The notes: generated from the letters alone by a model not told the origin. A stretch of DNA of 64,000 nucleotides from Thermoproteota archaeon (GCA_027491395.1 JAOZFI010000006.1:64001-128000), one strand, 5' to 3'. Counted from the first letter of the stretch, positions 38,921 to 49,599 are shown. Program-made: numbers and translations.

Positions 38921-40323
38921 TCACCCTCTGCCTGGGCTGCGATCCTCCTCTTAGGATGGAACTTGTTGAGGGTCTTCTCGCTTATCCTCGTCAGTTCGGC
39001 TTCAGGCAGTATGGACAATATGTCCCATGCTATGTTCAACGTCTCCTCTATGTTTCTTCTCTCCCTGAATCCCTGAGCCACGAATTCCCTCTCGAATCTC
39101 CTAGCGAACTCCAAGTACAACTTTTCCCTTGGGCTCAATCCCGCCTCACCCACGATCTGAACGAGTTCTCTAGCCTTGGTACCCTGACTATAGGCAGCGT
39201 AAAGCTGGTCTGAGACCTCCTTGTGGTCCTCTCTCGTCTTTCCTGGACCTATACCATCCTTCATGAGCCTGCTAAGGCTCGGCAGAACGTTGATCGGAGG
39301 ATAGATGCCCCTGTTGTGGAGATCCAAGTCCAAGAATATCTGGCCCTCGGTGATGTAGCCAGTGAGATCTGGTATGGGGTGGGTGAGGTCCCCACCGGGC
39401 ATCGTCAGTATGGGCATGAAGGTTATGGAGCCAGGTCTGCCGATTATCCTGCCTGCCCTCTCGTAGATGCTTGCTAGGTCGCTGTACATGTATCCGGGAT
39501 ATCCCTTCCTACTTGGTACCTCCTCCCTAGCGGAGCTGAGCTCCCTCAGCGCCTCGCAATAGTTGGTCATGTCCGTGATTATGACTAAGACATCCATACC
39601 CAAGTCGAACGCTAGGTACTCAGCAGCGGTCAAGGCAACCCTCGGGGTGGTTATCCTCTCTATGACCGGATCATTAGCTAGGTTTAGGAAGAGCACGGAC
39701 CTGCTCAGCGCTCCGAATTCCTCGAACTGCCTCCTGAAGAAGAGAACGTCATCGTACTTCAGACCAACTGCCGCGAAGACTATGGAGAATCTCTCAGCCT
39801 TTCCAGGGACGATCGCCTGCCTCGCCACCTGAGCGGCTACCTCGTTGTGAGGTAGTCCGGACTCGGAGAATATCGGAAGCTTCTGGCCCCTGACCAAGCT
39901 CAACATTCCGTCAATGGCGGATATACCGGTCTCGATGAACTCGTCCGGGTAGTCCCTCTTGGCCGGATTTATGGGAGCGCCGTTTATGTCCCTGTAGTCA
40001 TCAGCCCTTATCTTAGGGCCTCCATCTATCGGCTCACCTGCGCCGTTGAACACTCTACCGAGCATCTCATCCGATACAGGGATCTTTAAGGTCGAGCCGG
40101 TGAACTTGACCATAGCGTTGGAATCAAGCCCTTCAGTGTCTCCCAGCACCTGTATGACGACCTTATCCCTACCGGCCTCCAGCACCTGACCGAACCACTC
40201 CCTGCCATCTTCGGAGTATATTCTGACCACTTCCTCGTAAGCAGCCCCAGGGACACCCCTCATTATGACGAGGGGTCCCTTCACCTGATCAATCCCCTTG
40301 AAGGTCAGACCGTACACGGACAT
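38917..40323 (-). CDS. atpB: A-type ATP synthase subunit B
   Basis: [53 protein letters not shown]. Confidence 0.97.
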   Translation of the reverse strand: MSVYGLTFKGIDQVKGPLVIMRGVPGAAYEEVVRIYSEDGREWFGQVLEAGRDKVVIQVLGDTEGLDSNAMVKFTGSTLKIPVSDEMLGRVFNGAGEPIDGGPKIRADDYRDINGAPINPAKRDYPDEFIETGISAIDGMLSLVRGQKLPIFSESGLPHNEVAAQVARQAIVPGKAERFSIVFAAVGLKYDDVLFFRRQFEEFGALSRSVLFLNLANDPVIERITTPRVALTAAEYLAFDLGMDVLVIITDMTNYCEALRELSSAREEVPSRKGYPGYMYSDLASIYERAGRIIGRPGSITFMPILTMPGGDLTHPIPDLTGYITEGQIFLDLDLHNRGIYPPINVLPSLSRLMKDGIGPGKTREDHKEVSDQLYAAYSQGTKARELVQIVGEAGLSPREKLYLEFARRFEREFVAQGFRERRNIEETLNIAWDILSILPEAELTRISEKTLNKFHPKRRIAAQAEGE

Positions 40324-40324
40324 C

Positions 40325-42112
40325 TCATCTCACCTCCGCGAGAAGGGAGGATATCTCAGCCTCAAGTTGCGCTATAGCCTCCTTGACAGCGTTCTCGAAT
40401 TCCTCCTCAGGCACGAACTTGAGCCTCCTGAGGAGACCCAGTGATTTCATTTCAGCTATCCTAGATATGGGAACGCCCGCATCTATAATGGGTCTGGCTC
40501 TATCGTAGAACTCCAGTAGCGTCTTCAGGAGGAGGGCCTGCTTCTTCGGGGAGCAGTAGGTATCTACCTCGTGGTAGGCGTTCTGCACCAAGAATCCCTC
40601 CTTGATGAGCTCTGCAGACAGGAGGACGAGCCTGTTCTCATCGGAGAGAGCAGCCTCCCCCACTACTCTGGCCACCTCCTCCAAGCTGGAGGCCCTCTGC
40701 AGAAGGTCCATGGCCTTGTCCCTGTAAGCCATCATGTCATGTCCGGTGTTCTTGATCCACCACTCCTTCAATCCACCAGTATACTTTGAGAAGCTCCTCA
40801 GCCAGTTTATGGACGGGAAGTGCCTCTTGAACGCTAAGTCCTTGTCCAAAGCCCAGAAGGCGCCCACGTACCTCATGGTGTGCTGAGTGACGGGCTCGTT
40901 GAGGTCCCCTCCGGAGGGACTCACGGCCCCTATAACGGCGACGGACCCTAATTCGTCTCTCCTACCTCGGACCTTAATCCTACCAGCCCTCTCGTAGAAC
41001 GAGGCTATGTAGTCGGGTAGATAGGCTGGATACCCTCTCTCGGATGGTATCTCCTCAAGCCTAGAGCTGAGCTCCCTTAACGCTTCAGCCCACCTGGAGG
41101 TCGAATCTGCCGTGAGAACCACGTGAAGCCCCATATCCCTGTAGTACTCGGCGTAGGTGATTCCCATGAAGATACTGGCCTCCCTAGCGGGGACTGGCAT
41201 GTTGCTGGTGTTGGCAATGAGGACGCTCCTCTCCAGCAGAGGCTTCCCGCTCTTGGGGTCGACCAGCTTTGGGAAAGTGTGGAGCAGATCGGTCATCTCA
41301 TTACCTCTCTCCCCACAACCCACGTATACCACGACATCTGCGTCTGCCCACTTCGAGATTTGGTGAAGGGTCACCGTCTTACCGGTGCCAAAGCCACCAG
41401 GCACGGCGGAAGTGCCTCCCTTGACTATGGGGAAAAAGGTATCTATCACCCTCTGCCCGGTTACTAGAAGCTCTACGGGGGCTAGCTTCTCCTTGAAAGG
41501 TCTGGGCGTCCTGACAGGCCATTTATGATACATCTTGACCTCTTCCTTACCGCCTATGTGCTCTACCACGACTACAGGCTCCTCTATAGTGTAGTCTCCC
41601 TCAGGGAGGACCTCTATGACCTTAGCTTTCTCTATGGTCGGTGGGAGCATTATCTTGTGAGTGACGGAGCCCTCTGGGACGGTTCCTAGGACGTCTCCAG
41701 CGACGACATCGTCCCCAGGCTTGACCAAGGGAGTCCACTGCCACTTTTTATCTCTAGGGAGGGTGGGCGCCTTAATTCCCCTAGTGATGAATGGACCGCC
41801 AGCTTTCTCGGCTATGACTTCCAAGGGCCTGCCCAGCCCGTCGAGGACCTGCCCCAGTAGTCCCGGCCCTAATTCAGCTGAGAGGGGCTCTCCAGTCCTC
41901 TCGACGGGTTCACCCGCCTTCACTCCACCAGTAGGCTCGTAGACTTGTATTATCGCCTTGTCCCCCTCTATCCTGACTATCTCACCTATGAGTCTCTCCT
42001 CTCCGACGTAAACGACCTCCCTGATCTTAGCACCCCTCATTCCCTCGGCTTCTACTACGGGACCCTTTATGTGAACGATAATACCTTTACTCTCATAAAC
42101 TAACTCGGACAA
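40325..42112 (-). CDS. atpA: A-type ATP synthase subunit A (no intein)
   Basis: [41 protein letters not shown]. Confidence 0.97.
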   Translation of the reverse strand: MSELVYESKGIIVHIKGPVVEAEGMRGAKIREVVYVGEERLIGEIVRIEGDKAIIQVYEPTGGVKAGEPVERTGEPLSAELGPGLLGQVLDGLGRPLEVIAEKAGGPFITRGIKAPTLPRDKKWQWTPLVKPGDDVVAGDVLGTVPEGSVTHKIMLPPTIEKAKVIEVLPEGDYTIEEPVVVVEHIGGKEEVKMYHKWPVRTPRPFKEKLAPVELLVTGQRVIDTFFPIVKGGTSAVPGGFGTGKTVTLHQISKWADADVVVYVGCGERGNEMTDLLHTFPKLVDPKSGKPLLERSVLIANTSNMPVPAREASIFMGITYAEYYRDMGLHVVLTADSTSRWAEALRELSSRLEEIPSERGYPAYLPDYIASFYERAGRIKVRGRRDELGSVAVIGAVSPSGGDLNEPVTQHTMRYVGAFWALDKDLAFKRHFPSINWLRSFSKYTGGLKEWWIKNTGHDMMAYRDKAMDLLQRASSLEEVARVVGEAALSDENRLVLLSAELIKEGFLVQNAYHEVDTYCSPKKQALLLKTLLEFYDRARPIIDAGVPISRIAEMKSLGLLRRLKFVPEEEFENAVKEAIAQLEAEISSLLAEVR

Positions 42113-42114
42113 GC

Positions 42115-42732
42115 TTACACCCCCTCAAACAATCTCCCTATTATCTCTATCTCCTTGGTCTCTCTGTAGGCCCTCAGCCTACCATCGAAGGTGTTGTAGT
42201 ACCTCCTCTCATCCCTGCTGTCCCTCACCACGACCCCTCCGATGACCGGGACCGTTCTCTCGTCAACGGAGGCCTTTATATCTTCCTTCTCCAACTTCCT
42301 AGCCACCTTTTCGAGCAGGGATATATCCTTCTCCCTACCCATGAGGAATACCTCCTTCTCTCCTAGGACCTTCGCCCCCTCCAGCGAGTATCTCGTCAGT
42401 ATCTCCTCGTAGTTCCATCCCGGCTCTTGGCCATCGGCTATAGCGGCCAGCTTCTCGTGCACTCTCCTGAAGAATTCACTCAGCAGCTCGGATTTGGTCA
42501 TGAGAACTATTTGATTAGCCTCTACCTCAGCAGCGCTTCTCTTCCTCGCAATCTCCTCCCTCATCTCCCTCTCTGCCCTCTCCCTCTTGGATCTCAGTAT
42601 CTCCTCCGCCTCTCTCCGGGCTGACTCGATTATCTCCTTAGCTCTCTTCTCGGCCTCCTTCCTGATGGCATCAGCCCTATCCTCAGCCATCTTGAGGATA
42701 GCCCTGACGATAGCCTCGGAGTCCTTATCCAC
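42115..42732 (-). CDS. atpE: A-type ATP synthase subunit E
   Basis: N-terminal coiled coil, IGGVVV..YNTFDGRL; GTG start after GGAGG. Confidence 0.88.
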   Translation of the reverse strand: MDKDSEAIVRAILKMAEDRADAIRKEAEKRAKEIIESARREAEEILRSKRERAEREMREEIARKRSAAEVEANQIVLMTKSELLSEFFRRVHEKLAAIADGQEPGWNYEEILTRYSLEGAKVLGEKEVFLMGREKDISLLEKVARKLEKEDIKASVDERTVPVIGGVVVRDSRDERRYYNTFDGRLRAYRETKEIEIIGRLFEGV

Positions 42733-42733
42733 G

Positions 42734-43045
42734 CTAACTACTTCCTCCCCACTCACCCTCGAGCACCTCCCTAACGACTTCATCGACGAGGGAACTCATC
42801 CTCTCGGATGCCACCCTCCTTAGCTCCTCAGCTTTCATCTTAGCCCTATCAACAATCTCCTTAACTTCCCTCCCGATATCTTCCATTACCGCCACCTCCA
42901 CCGGAGTGTTCCTGGCCTCCTCGATTATTTTCTTTGCCTCTTCCTCGGCTTCCTCGATCATTCTCTTGGCTTCCTCCTCGGCCTCCTGAATGATCTTGGC
43001 AGCCTCCTTCTCGGCCTCCATAATGGCCTCAACCAATCTCGGCAT
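42734..43045 (-). CDS. atpH: A-type ATP synthase subunit H/G (peripheral stalk)
   Basis: AEKEAAKIIQEAEEEAKRMIEEAEEEAKKIIEEA repeat pattern; operon position. Confidence 0.8.
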   Translation of the reverse strand: MPRLVEAIMEAEKEAAKIIQEAEEEAKRMIEEAEEEAKKIIEEARNTPVEVAVMEDIGREVKEIVDRAKMKAEELRRVASERMSSLVDEVVREVLEGEWGGSS

Positions 43046-43061
43046 TTCTCTCACCTCATAA

Positions 43062-43406
43062 TCAGAACTTCAGCTCCTCGCTACCTAAAGCTCTAGCCAG
43101 CAAGGATGCCAGCTCCTTCAACCTCACCCCCCTCGCACCTTCCATATCGGGCACTACCGCGAACACAGGGCTCACCTTACCCCTTCTGAGTAGATCCTCC
43201 CTGTAATCTCTGATCTCCTCAGCTACCCTCTCGTTGATGAATACCACATGAGGTAACTCGCTCTCATTGTCCCTGAAAAATTTTATCAGATTCCTGCGAC
43301 CCCTGATTACCTTCGCGGGCACTCCGACCATCTCGAATCCCAGCGCGAGCACTTCGTCGTCCGTTACAGCTATAGGGGAGCTGGCAATCCTCGTCCGTTC
43401 GCTCAC
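43062..43406 (-). CDS. atpF: A-type ATP synthase subunit F
   Basis: IAV..D..LALGFEMVGV, P.F.VVP, ARALG. Confidence 0.82.
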   Translation of the reverse strand: MSERTRIASSPIAVTDDEVLALGFEMVGVPAKVIRGRRNLIKFFRDNESELPHVVFINERVAEEIRDYREDLLRRGKVSPVFAVVPDMEGARGVRLKELASLLARALGSEELKF

Positions 43407-43467
43407 TGAAGCACCCCATGCCCGAAAGTTGGAAAATTATAAAAAGCCATATAGCCCGCTTACCCTA

Positions 43468-43557
43468 GCGGGGGTGGCCGAGCTCGGACCAAGGCGGCGG
43501 ACTTAAGATCCGCTGGGCGTCAGGCCCGCGTGGGTTCGAATCCCACCCCCCGCACCA
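43468..43557 (+). tRNA. tRNA-Leu(TAA) with encoded CCA
   Basis: GCGGA-CTTAAGA-TCCGC anticodon arm, long variable arm; TTATAAAA at 43437-43444. Confidence 0.97.
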
Positions 43558-43598
43558 GGGCCCCGCCGCCTTTCACCCCTCATGAGGTGAGCATCTGC

Positions 43599-44168
43599 TT
43601 GGGAGTGGAAAGGGAGGTCAAGCTGAAGATCCCCCATAGCGAATTTCTGAGTCTCTTGAGGGGGAAGAAAATCTCCTTCAAGATACTGGAAGCGATAGAG
43701 CAGGAGGACTTCTATATGGACACTCGCTCCTGTGGCCTCCTCACCTCAGGAAGGGTATTGAGGGTGAGGATCATTGGTAATCTAGTCAGAATCACCTACA
43801 AGGGGAGGAGGAAGGGTGGAGGTATAGAGAAGGTCAGGGAGGAGATTGAAGGGGAATTGGGGGATGAGAAATGCGGGGAAGCCCTCTCCAAAGTAGGAAT
43901 AAACGTAAATTGCCCACCCGAACTCAACGAGCTGATGAACTTGCTCTCCAGTAGAGGTTATGAGGTGAAGATCGTGGTATGGAAGAGAAGGACGCCCGTT
44001 CTATTGGATGGATTCGATGTAGAGGTCACGCTGGACTACGTGAGAGATTTAGGAGAGTTCGTGGAGGTAGAGGGAGACGACGCAATGGATCTAGTTCGAA
44101 TACTCGGCATAGAGTGCAGAGCAGTCATACCCAGCTACGCTGATCTAATCCACGCCCTTAAGCAGTGA
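43599..44168 (+). CDS. CYTH/class IV adenylate cyclase-like triphosphate tunnel protein
   Basis: EREVK, QEDFY, LRVR, ITYKG, REEIE, KRR, LDYV..LGEFVEVE; TTG start after GAGGTGA. Confidence 0.88.
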   Translation: MGVEREVKLKIPHSEFLSLLRGKKISFKILEAIEQEDFYMDTRSCGLLTSGRVLRVRIIGNLVRITYKGRRKGGGIEKVREEIEGELGDEKCGEALSKVGINVNCPPELNELMNLLSSRGYEVKIVVWKRRTPVLLDGFDVEVTLDYVRDLGEFVEVEGDDAMDLVRILGIECRAVIPSYADLIHALKQ

Positions 44169-45479
44169 TTTCACGCCTGATTTCTCAAGCAAGTCCAGGG
44201 AAGCCCTCTCTGCCTCAGCAAAGATATCCTCCTCGTCCCTCTTGGTGAATTTGCCGTCCCTCAAGATCACCTTACCATCTATCAGGACGTGCCTCACATC
44301 TGTAGATCTGGCGGAGTAGACCAGATGGGACACCACGGAGTGGAGAGGCACCCACCAAGGTACTTTGACGTTCAAAAGAACAATATCTCCCCTGTATCCC
44401 TTGCAGATCCTCCCGATCTTCCATCGGAGGAAATCTCCGGGTATTCTAGTGGCCATGTCCAGCGCCGTCTGAGCCGGTATTGCCTTAGGATCCCTCTTCG
44501 AGACCTTGTGAATGAGGGCGGTCACCTTCATGGTCTCGAACATATCTAAGGTGTTGTTGCTGGCCGGTCCGTCGGTTCCAAGGGAAACCCTAACCCCTTT
44601 CTCGACTAGGTCGGGTACTGGGGAGATTCCTGAGGCCAACTTAAGATTGCTCACGGGATTGTGAGATACTAAGGTGGATGTCTCCCTAAGGAGAGCGATC
44701 TCCATCTTGCTAGGCCAAACTACGTGCGCAGCGACCGTTCTATCACCCAATATACCGTATTCATGGGCCAGCTCTATCGCCCCCTTCCCGTACTTCTCTT
44801 TAATATCAGACACCTCCTTCTCGGTCTCCGCTAGGTGAATCTGGATGGTGGACCCATTATCCTCCGCCTTCTCCGAAATTTCCCTCATCCTCTCCGGCGA
44901 GACCGTGTAGGGAGCGTGAGGTCCATAGCCCGGCTCGATCAATGGGTGATCTCGCCACTTCTGGACGAACCGATCTGCTAAAACCATACACTCGTCTACA
45001 TTCTTGCATTCCGGAGTTCCAAAGTCTATTATCGCCTCGCTCAGCGCACCTCTCATCCCTAGATCGCTGAGAACCTCAGCTACGACGTCCTCGAAGAAGT
45101 ACATATCGAAGATCGTCGTGGTACCGGTTCGCACCGCTTCTAGCACTCCTAGAGCGGTTCCGGCCCTTATGTGATCTGGTCTCAGGTGAGATTCCATGGG
45201 CCAGATCTTCTCCTGCAACCACGGGAAGAGGTCCATGTCGTCAGCCACTCCTCTTAGAAGGGTCATCGGTATGTGGGAGTGCGTATTAATCAACCCGGGA
45301 ATCGCCACCATGCTGCTCCCATCGATCACCTCATCAACAGGTCCCTTCACATCACCCACATCCTCAATCTCCCCGTCCTTTATCAGGATGCTTGCCCCCC
45401 TCAGGACCCTCCTCTTATCGTCCTGAGTAACCACGTACTCCAGCCCCTTGATGAGCACTTCCAAGGGAATCCCCCTCAT
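44145..45479 (-). CDS. mtaD: 5'-methylthioadenosine/S-adenosylhomocysteine deaminase (amidohydrolase)
   Basis: PGLINTHSH, PHAPYT, HLAET, HNPVSNLKLASG, GTDGPASNN. Confidence 0.85.
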   Translation of the reverse strand: MRGIPLEVLIKGLEYVVTQDDKRRVLRGASILIKDGEIEDVGDVKGPVDEVIDGSSMVAIPGLINTHSHIPMTLLRGVADDMDLFPWLQEKIWPMESHLRPDHIRAGTALGVLEAVRTGTTTIFDMYFFEDVVAEVLSDLGMRGALSEAIIDFGTPECKNVDECMVLADRFVQKWRDHPLIEPGYGPHAPYTVSPERMREISEKAEDNGSTIQIHLAETEKEVSDIKEKYGKGAIELAHEYGILGDRTVAAHVVWPSKMEIALLRETSTLVSHNPVSNLKLASGISPVPDLVEKGVRVSLGTDGPASNNTLDMFETMKVTALIHKVSKRDPKAIPAQTALDMATRIPGDFLRWKIGRICKGYRGDIVLLNVKVPWWVPLHSVVSHLVYSARSTDVRHVLIDGKVILRDGKFTKRDEEDIFAEAERASLDLLEKSGVKSLLKGVD

Positions 45480-45532
45480 CAGCAGCCGGATAAATTAAAT
45501 AGACGTTACTGGATTCCAGCTTGGTATCTTAA

Positions 45533-47167
45533 ATGAAGTGGAAGGCTCTTGTCCTATTGACGATTGTTCTAATGTTTCCTGAGATGATCCCCTCGGCTCA
45601 GCAGGAGGAGGGGAGTGGACATTACACTTACATATACACGGTCAAGGAGAGCGGTTGGATAGATATAGTGACTCGGTTCAACTCGACGGGGGAGGGAAGT
45701 ACCTGGGTCCTTGTGCCGAAATTCAGGGACTACAACTTCACGGTCCTCTCAGGGTCCATCAAGGATAAGGAGCTAATAAGGGACACGTCCTACTACTTCT
45801 ACTCGAACCTCACGTTCTCATACACACCAGAAACTAATGTGGAGATCTCGTGGAGTTATAGATTTGGCGCTCTCATCGTGGAACCCAACGGAGCGTTCTT
45901 CTCCACACAGATAGCCTTCTCTCGGGAGGATGATGCAACCATACTGGTGAAGCTTCCAAAGGGCTTCATCCCCCAGGGGATCGAGCCGAAGGGATACGAG
46001 CTTCGGAGAGAGGGGGAGTACAATGTGGTGAAGTATGACGTAGACGGGAGCAAGAACAATACGATGAGGGTCCTCATATCGTTCAAGGTGAAGGACGGTC
46101 AGGAGTTCAGTAAAAGGGAGGTCGGCAAGCTCACCATAAGCTACCCCCCCAGATACGAGGATGTCGTCGACAACATAACCAAGTACTACGAGGCCACTCT
46201 ACCCTTAATAGAGGAGTACACATCTGTTAGAGAGGAGATACCTGTAAAAGTCAATCTGTTCGTTCCAGGGACCATGGAGGAGATAACAACCTTGGGATAC
46301 ACGGGGCCTAGGTTCACATCTGATGTGATAACTCAGGGAGAGATAAATCTGAACATGATGCTGGTCAGAATGCCCGATTACGAGCTGCCGAACACCTTCG
46401 TGCACGAACTCCTCCATCAGTACATGCAGGCAGCAGGACTCAGTGTGGACCTGAGATGGGCCCACGAAGGTCTGGCCCAATATCTAAGCTCCGTGATAGT
46501 GGAGAAGGCGCTTAGATTCCATGTTCCCTACGATAAGGAAGCCGAAAGAGCCGTGATGATGCAAACCGGTGGAGACCTAAGTTTCATCTTAGGATGGAAG
46601 GGAGGGGGTCTCCCAGGCAACCCCGGTCTATACTACGCGGCTAGTGAGGTCCTGATAAGGAGGCTGGCGGACAAGTACGGAGGACCCGACCTCTACAAGA
46701 GGTTCTTCCAGCTCATCAGGAGAGACAGGGTCATCGTCAAGGAGCTAGGGGATTTCGTCAGGTACCTCAGCGAGGCAGCCGGTCAGGACATCTCCGACTT
46801 CCTCAAGTCATTCGGCATAGACGTAGAATCGATAGATGAGAGGACCTTAGCCCTAATGAAAACAGCTAGGGAGTATGCGGAGGCCACCTCGTGGTTCAAC
46901 CCGTTTTCAAAGGAGGCACTCGAGGTACTGAGCGAGAGCAGGACCAAAGAGGCGGCCATACAGGCAATGGCGATGGTGGCGCTCGGACTTGTCACCGAGG
47001 CCTTGACAGCCGCGGTGATAATCTCAGGCATTACATTCCTTCTAAGAGGCGGGAAAATTCCTTATGAACAGGGGTCAATCACGAACGAAAAGGAGGGGGG
47101 CGAGGAGGGTCTCAGAACACCCTCTCCGACTTCTCAAGGTGGAGCAGAAAATTCCACTTCTCCATGA
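45533..47167 (+). CDS. Exported membrane-anchored gluzincin metallopeptidase (M1/MA-like)
   Basis: Signal peptide, HELLH, WAHEGLAQY, YY motif, C-terminal TM helix. Confidence 0.8.
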   Translation: MKWKALVLLTIVLMFPEMIPSAQQEEGSGHYTYIYTVKESGWIDIVTRFNSTGEGSTWVLVPKFRDYNFTVLSGSIKDKELIRDTSYYFYSNLTFSYTPETNVEISWSYRFGALIVEPNGAFFSTQIAFSREDDATILVKLPKGFIPQGIEPKGYELRREGEYNVVKYDVDGSKNNTMRVLISFKVKDGQEFSKREVGKLTISYPPRYEDVVDNITKYYEATLPLIEEYTSVREEIPVKVNLFVPGTMEEITTLGYTGPRFTSDVITQGEINLNMMLVRMPDYELPNTFVHELLHQYMQAAGLSVDLRWAHEGLAQYLSSVIVEKALRFHVPYDKEAERAVMMQTGGDLSFILGWKGGGLPGNPGLYYAASEVLIRRLADKYGGPDLYKRFFQLIRRDRVIVKELGDFVRYLSEAAGQDISDFLKSFGIDVESIDERTLALMKTAREYAEATSWFNPFSKEALEVLSESRTKEAAIQAMAMVALGLVTEALTAAVIISGITFLLRGGKIPYEQGSITNEKEGGEEGLRTPSPTSQGGAENSTSP

Positions 47168-47999
47168 CTATTTTCTCCAACTCCTCAATTTCCTCATCAC
47201 TTAACCCCCTGAATCTGTCCTGAAGCTCCAAGAACTCCTTAAGGGGCCTCTTCCTCGGTTTAACCGTTATTCTCAATTTCCCATTCTCTATCTCGTATAG
47301 AGGCCAGAAGTAGGTATCTACCGCGAGCTTGGCCACTTCAGCGGTTTTACTTACTGGGGAATTCCAGCCAGGCGGACAGGTAGAGAATATGTGAATGTAT
47401 CTGAATCCCTTTATCTTCTTGGCCTTCTCGAACTTGTTCGCTAGATCAAAGGGATATCCGACACTGGCGGTGGCTACGTAAGGAACCCTATGCGCCGCCA
47501 CTATCATGGGCATGTCCTTGGGCATCTCCCTCTTGCCGGTCGGAGTGGTCTTGGTCCAAGCCCTAAAGGGGGTGGCTCCTGACCTCTGAATGCCCGTATT
47601 CATGTATGCTTCGTTATCGTAACATACGTAGATTATGTTTTCTCCCCTCTCAGCAGCCCCTGATAGGGCCTGTATACCTATATCGACAGTCCCTCCGTCT
47701 CCCGCCCAGACGACAACATTCACATCCCTCCCAAGCATCTTATAAGCCCTGTACACTCCGGATGCCGTGGCAGCAGCTGCTGGGAATGCTATATTGTAGA
47801 GAGGTGCTGAGATAGCGCTCTTGGGGAACGGCGACTGAATGACACTGAAGCACGAGGCAGGAACCACGTACACGGTGTTAGGTCCCAGCACCCTAGAAGC
47901 TATTCTGAACGCTAAAGTCGCCCCACAGCCGGGACAGGCTGCAGATCCCGGAAGATAGGAACCAGATTCCTTCCTTAGATCGTGTATGGTCAAGGTCAT
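47112..47999 (-). CDS. porB: 2-oxoacid:ferredoxin oxidoreductase beta subunit
   Basis: ACPGCG, GDGGTVDIG, YDNEAYMNTGIQRS, CPPGW. Confidence 0.93.
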   Translation of the reverse strand: MTLTIHDLRKESGSYLPGSAACPGCGATLAFRIASRVLGPNTVYVVPASCFSVIQSPFPKSAISAPLYNIAFPAAAATASGVYRAYKMLGRDVNVVVWAGDGGTVDIGIQALSGAAERGENIIYVCYDNEAYMNTGIQRSGATPFRAWTKTTPTGKREMPKDMPMIVAAHRVPYVATASVGYPFDLANKFEKAKKIKGFRYIHIFSTCPPGWNSPVSKTAEVAKLAVDTYFWPLYEIENGKLRITVKPRKRPLKEFLELQDRFRGLSDEEIEELEKIVMEKWNFLLHLEKSERVF

Positions 48000-49225
48000 A
48001 ACCTCACCTCCTCCGAGAGTTCTATCTTCTCATACTCCGGCTTGAGCTTGTACCAGTAGTAGGGTCTCCTCAGTCGATCGGAGGTTATCCTCCCGATCCC
48101 ATCCTTGGTCATCTTAACTATGTCCTCGTAAGTTACATCCCTGCCTCCTAAACCCGTAACGTAGTTGACTATGGGAGGACTGCCAGATATGTTGTAGAGC
48201 GAAGATCTTACCTCTATCCCAATGGGACCGCCAGAGCTGAAGGCGATGCTCCTGTCTATGATGATCACTCCCTTCCTGTCCTGCAGAACCTCAGCCACGT
48301 CTCTGTGAGGGAACGGCCTGAACGCCCTTACCTTCAGGAGTCCGACCCTCATTCCCTCCTCCCTGAGCTCATCCACCGCCACTTCAGCCTCAGAGGCCAT
48401 AGTGCCAGCCGTCACTACGATGTAGTCGGCGTCCTCCACCTTGTACTTCCAAGTGGCCCCTCCGTGGTACCTGCCGAACTTCTGGAAGAACTCTTCAGCG
48501 ACATCCTCGATGAGATCGAGGGCTCTCCTCATTGAGAGATCCATGGACCACCTCATCTCCTGATACTCGTCAGGAAGCGCCAGATTGCCGAATGTTATAG
48601 GATTCTCAGGATCCAGCTTCCAGTGAGGTGGGCTGTACTCTGGGAGAAACTCATCGACATCCTCCTGCCTCGGGATATTGACAGGCATGTAGGTGTGACT
48701 GAGCACGAACCCATCCAAACACACCATGAATGGCAGGAGGACATCAGGATGTTCAGCCACCTTGTACATCATGAGTATGGTGTCCAACACTTCCTGATTG
48801 GACGATATGTAGACTTGGAGCCAGCCGGTATCCCTCTGGGACATGGCGTCTTGGTGATCGACATGAATGTTCCAAGGGGGACCCACCGCCCTATTGACGA
48901 CGGCCATTCCTATCGGCAGCCTGGAGCCAGCTGCCCAGTGGAGGACCTCTGACATCAGCAGTAACCCTTGACTGGCGGTGGCCGTGAAGGCCCTCACCCC
49001 AGCCGCCGACGCCCCTATGGCTGCGGCCATGGCACTGTGCTCGCTCTCAACCCTTATGTACTCAGCATCCATGTGCCCAGATTCTATGAATGAAGCTATG
49101 TACTCAACTATGGTTGTCTGAGGGGTAATGGGGTACGCTGGAACGACCTTAACACGAGCCAGCTTAGCTGCTATGGCTGCGGCCTGATTACCAGTTATTA
49201 TCTCCCAAGTTCCCTCGATCGCCAT
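47996..49225 (-). CDS. porA: 2-oxoacid:ferredoxin oxidoreductase alpha subunit
   Basis: YPITPQT, ESEHSA, TATASQGL, DGFVLSH, GLGGRD. Confidence 0.93.
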   Translation of the reverse strand: MAIEGTWEIITGNQAAAIAAKLARVKVVPAYPITPQTTIVEYIASFIESGHMDAEYIRVESEHSAMAAAIGASAAGVRAFTATASQGLLLMSEVLHWAAGSRLPIGMAVVNRAVGPPWNIHVDHQDAMSQRDTGWLQVYISSNQEVLDTILMMYKVAEHPDVLLPFMVCLDGFVLSHTYMPVNIPRQEDVDEFLPEYSPPHWKLDPENPITFGNLALPDEYQEMRWSMDLSMRRALDLIEDVAEEFFQKFGRYHGGATWKYKVEDADYIVVTAGTMASEAEVAVDELREEGMRVGLLKVRAFRPFPHRDVAEVLQDRKGVIIIDRSIAFSSGGPIGIEVRSSLYNISGSPPIVNYVTGLGGRDVTYEDIVKMTKDGIGRITSDRLRRPYYWYKLKPEYEKIELSEEVRL

Positions 49226-49226
49226 A

Positions 49227-49496
49227 TTACTCCTCCTCCTTGATCATTTGTATGGCCTTCGTGGGGCACACGTCAGCGCATACGCCGCATCCTTTGCAGA
49301 AAGTATAGTCTATCTGTGGGAACCCGTTGGGCCCCTCGGTTATCACATCCTCAGGGCAGTAAAGCCAGCACAGCCAGCACTTTATGCACTTATCCTCGTC
49401 AACTACGGGCTTCTCGACCCTCCAGAGACCAGTTTTACCAGCCGCTCCTTTAGACGGCTTGGACACTGGGATAATGATCGGGACACCTAGGCCCAT
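49227..49496 (-). CDS. porD: 2-oxoacid:ferredoxin oxidoreductase delta subunit (2x[4Fe-4S])
   Basis: TGLWR..P, CIKCWLCWLYCP, CKGCGVCADVCP. Confidence 0.93.
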   Translation of the reverse strand: MGLGVPIIIPVSKPSKGAAGKTGLWRVEKPVVDEDKCIKCWLCWLYCPEDVITEGPNGFPQIDYTFCKGCGVCADVCPTKAIQMIKEEE

Positions 49497-49564
49497 CTAA
49501 CAGGCACCAAGGACTCCTACAAGAAAACCCCTATAAACATTGTTAAGCATAGAACGGTCAAGGG

Positions 49565-49599
49565 GAGCCTCTACTAAAATAAGGAATTTGTAGGGGCTC
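49565..49599. terminator. Inverted repeat at the 3' end of the small hypothetical gene
   Basis: GAGCCTCTAC-N15-GTAGGGGCTC with an AT-rich loop. Confidence 0.4.

Noticed and set aside
42890-43030. Imperfect tandem DNA repeats
   Set aside because: They encode the EAEEEAKKII coiled-coil periodicity of ATP synthase subunit H and are not CRISPR or VNTR.
6614-43557. Near-identical 87-nt direct repeat 36.9 kb apart (6 differences; last 41 nt identical), resembling attL/attR
   Set aside because: Both copies are complete tRNA-Leu genes with different anticodons. The interval is core housekeeping DNA with no integrase.
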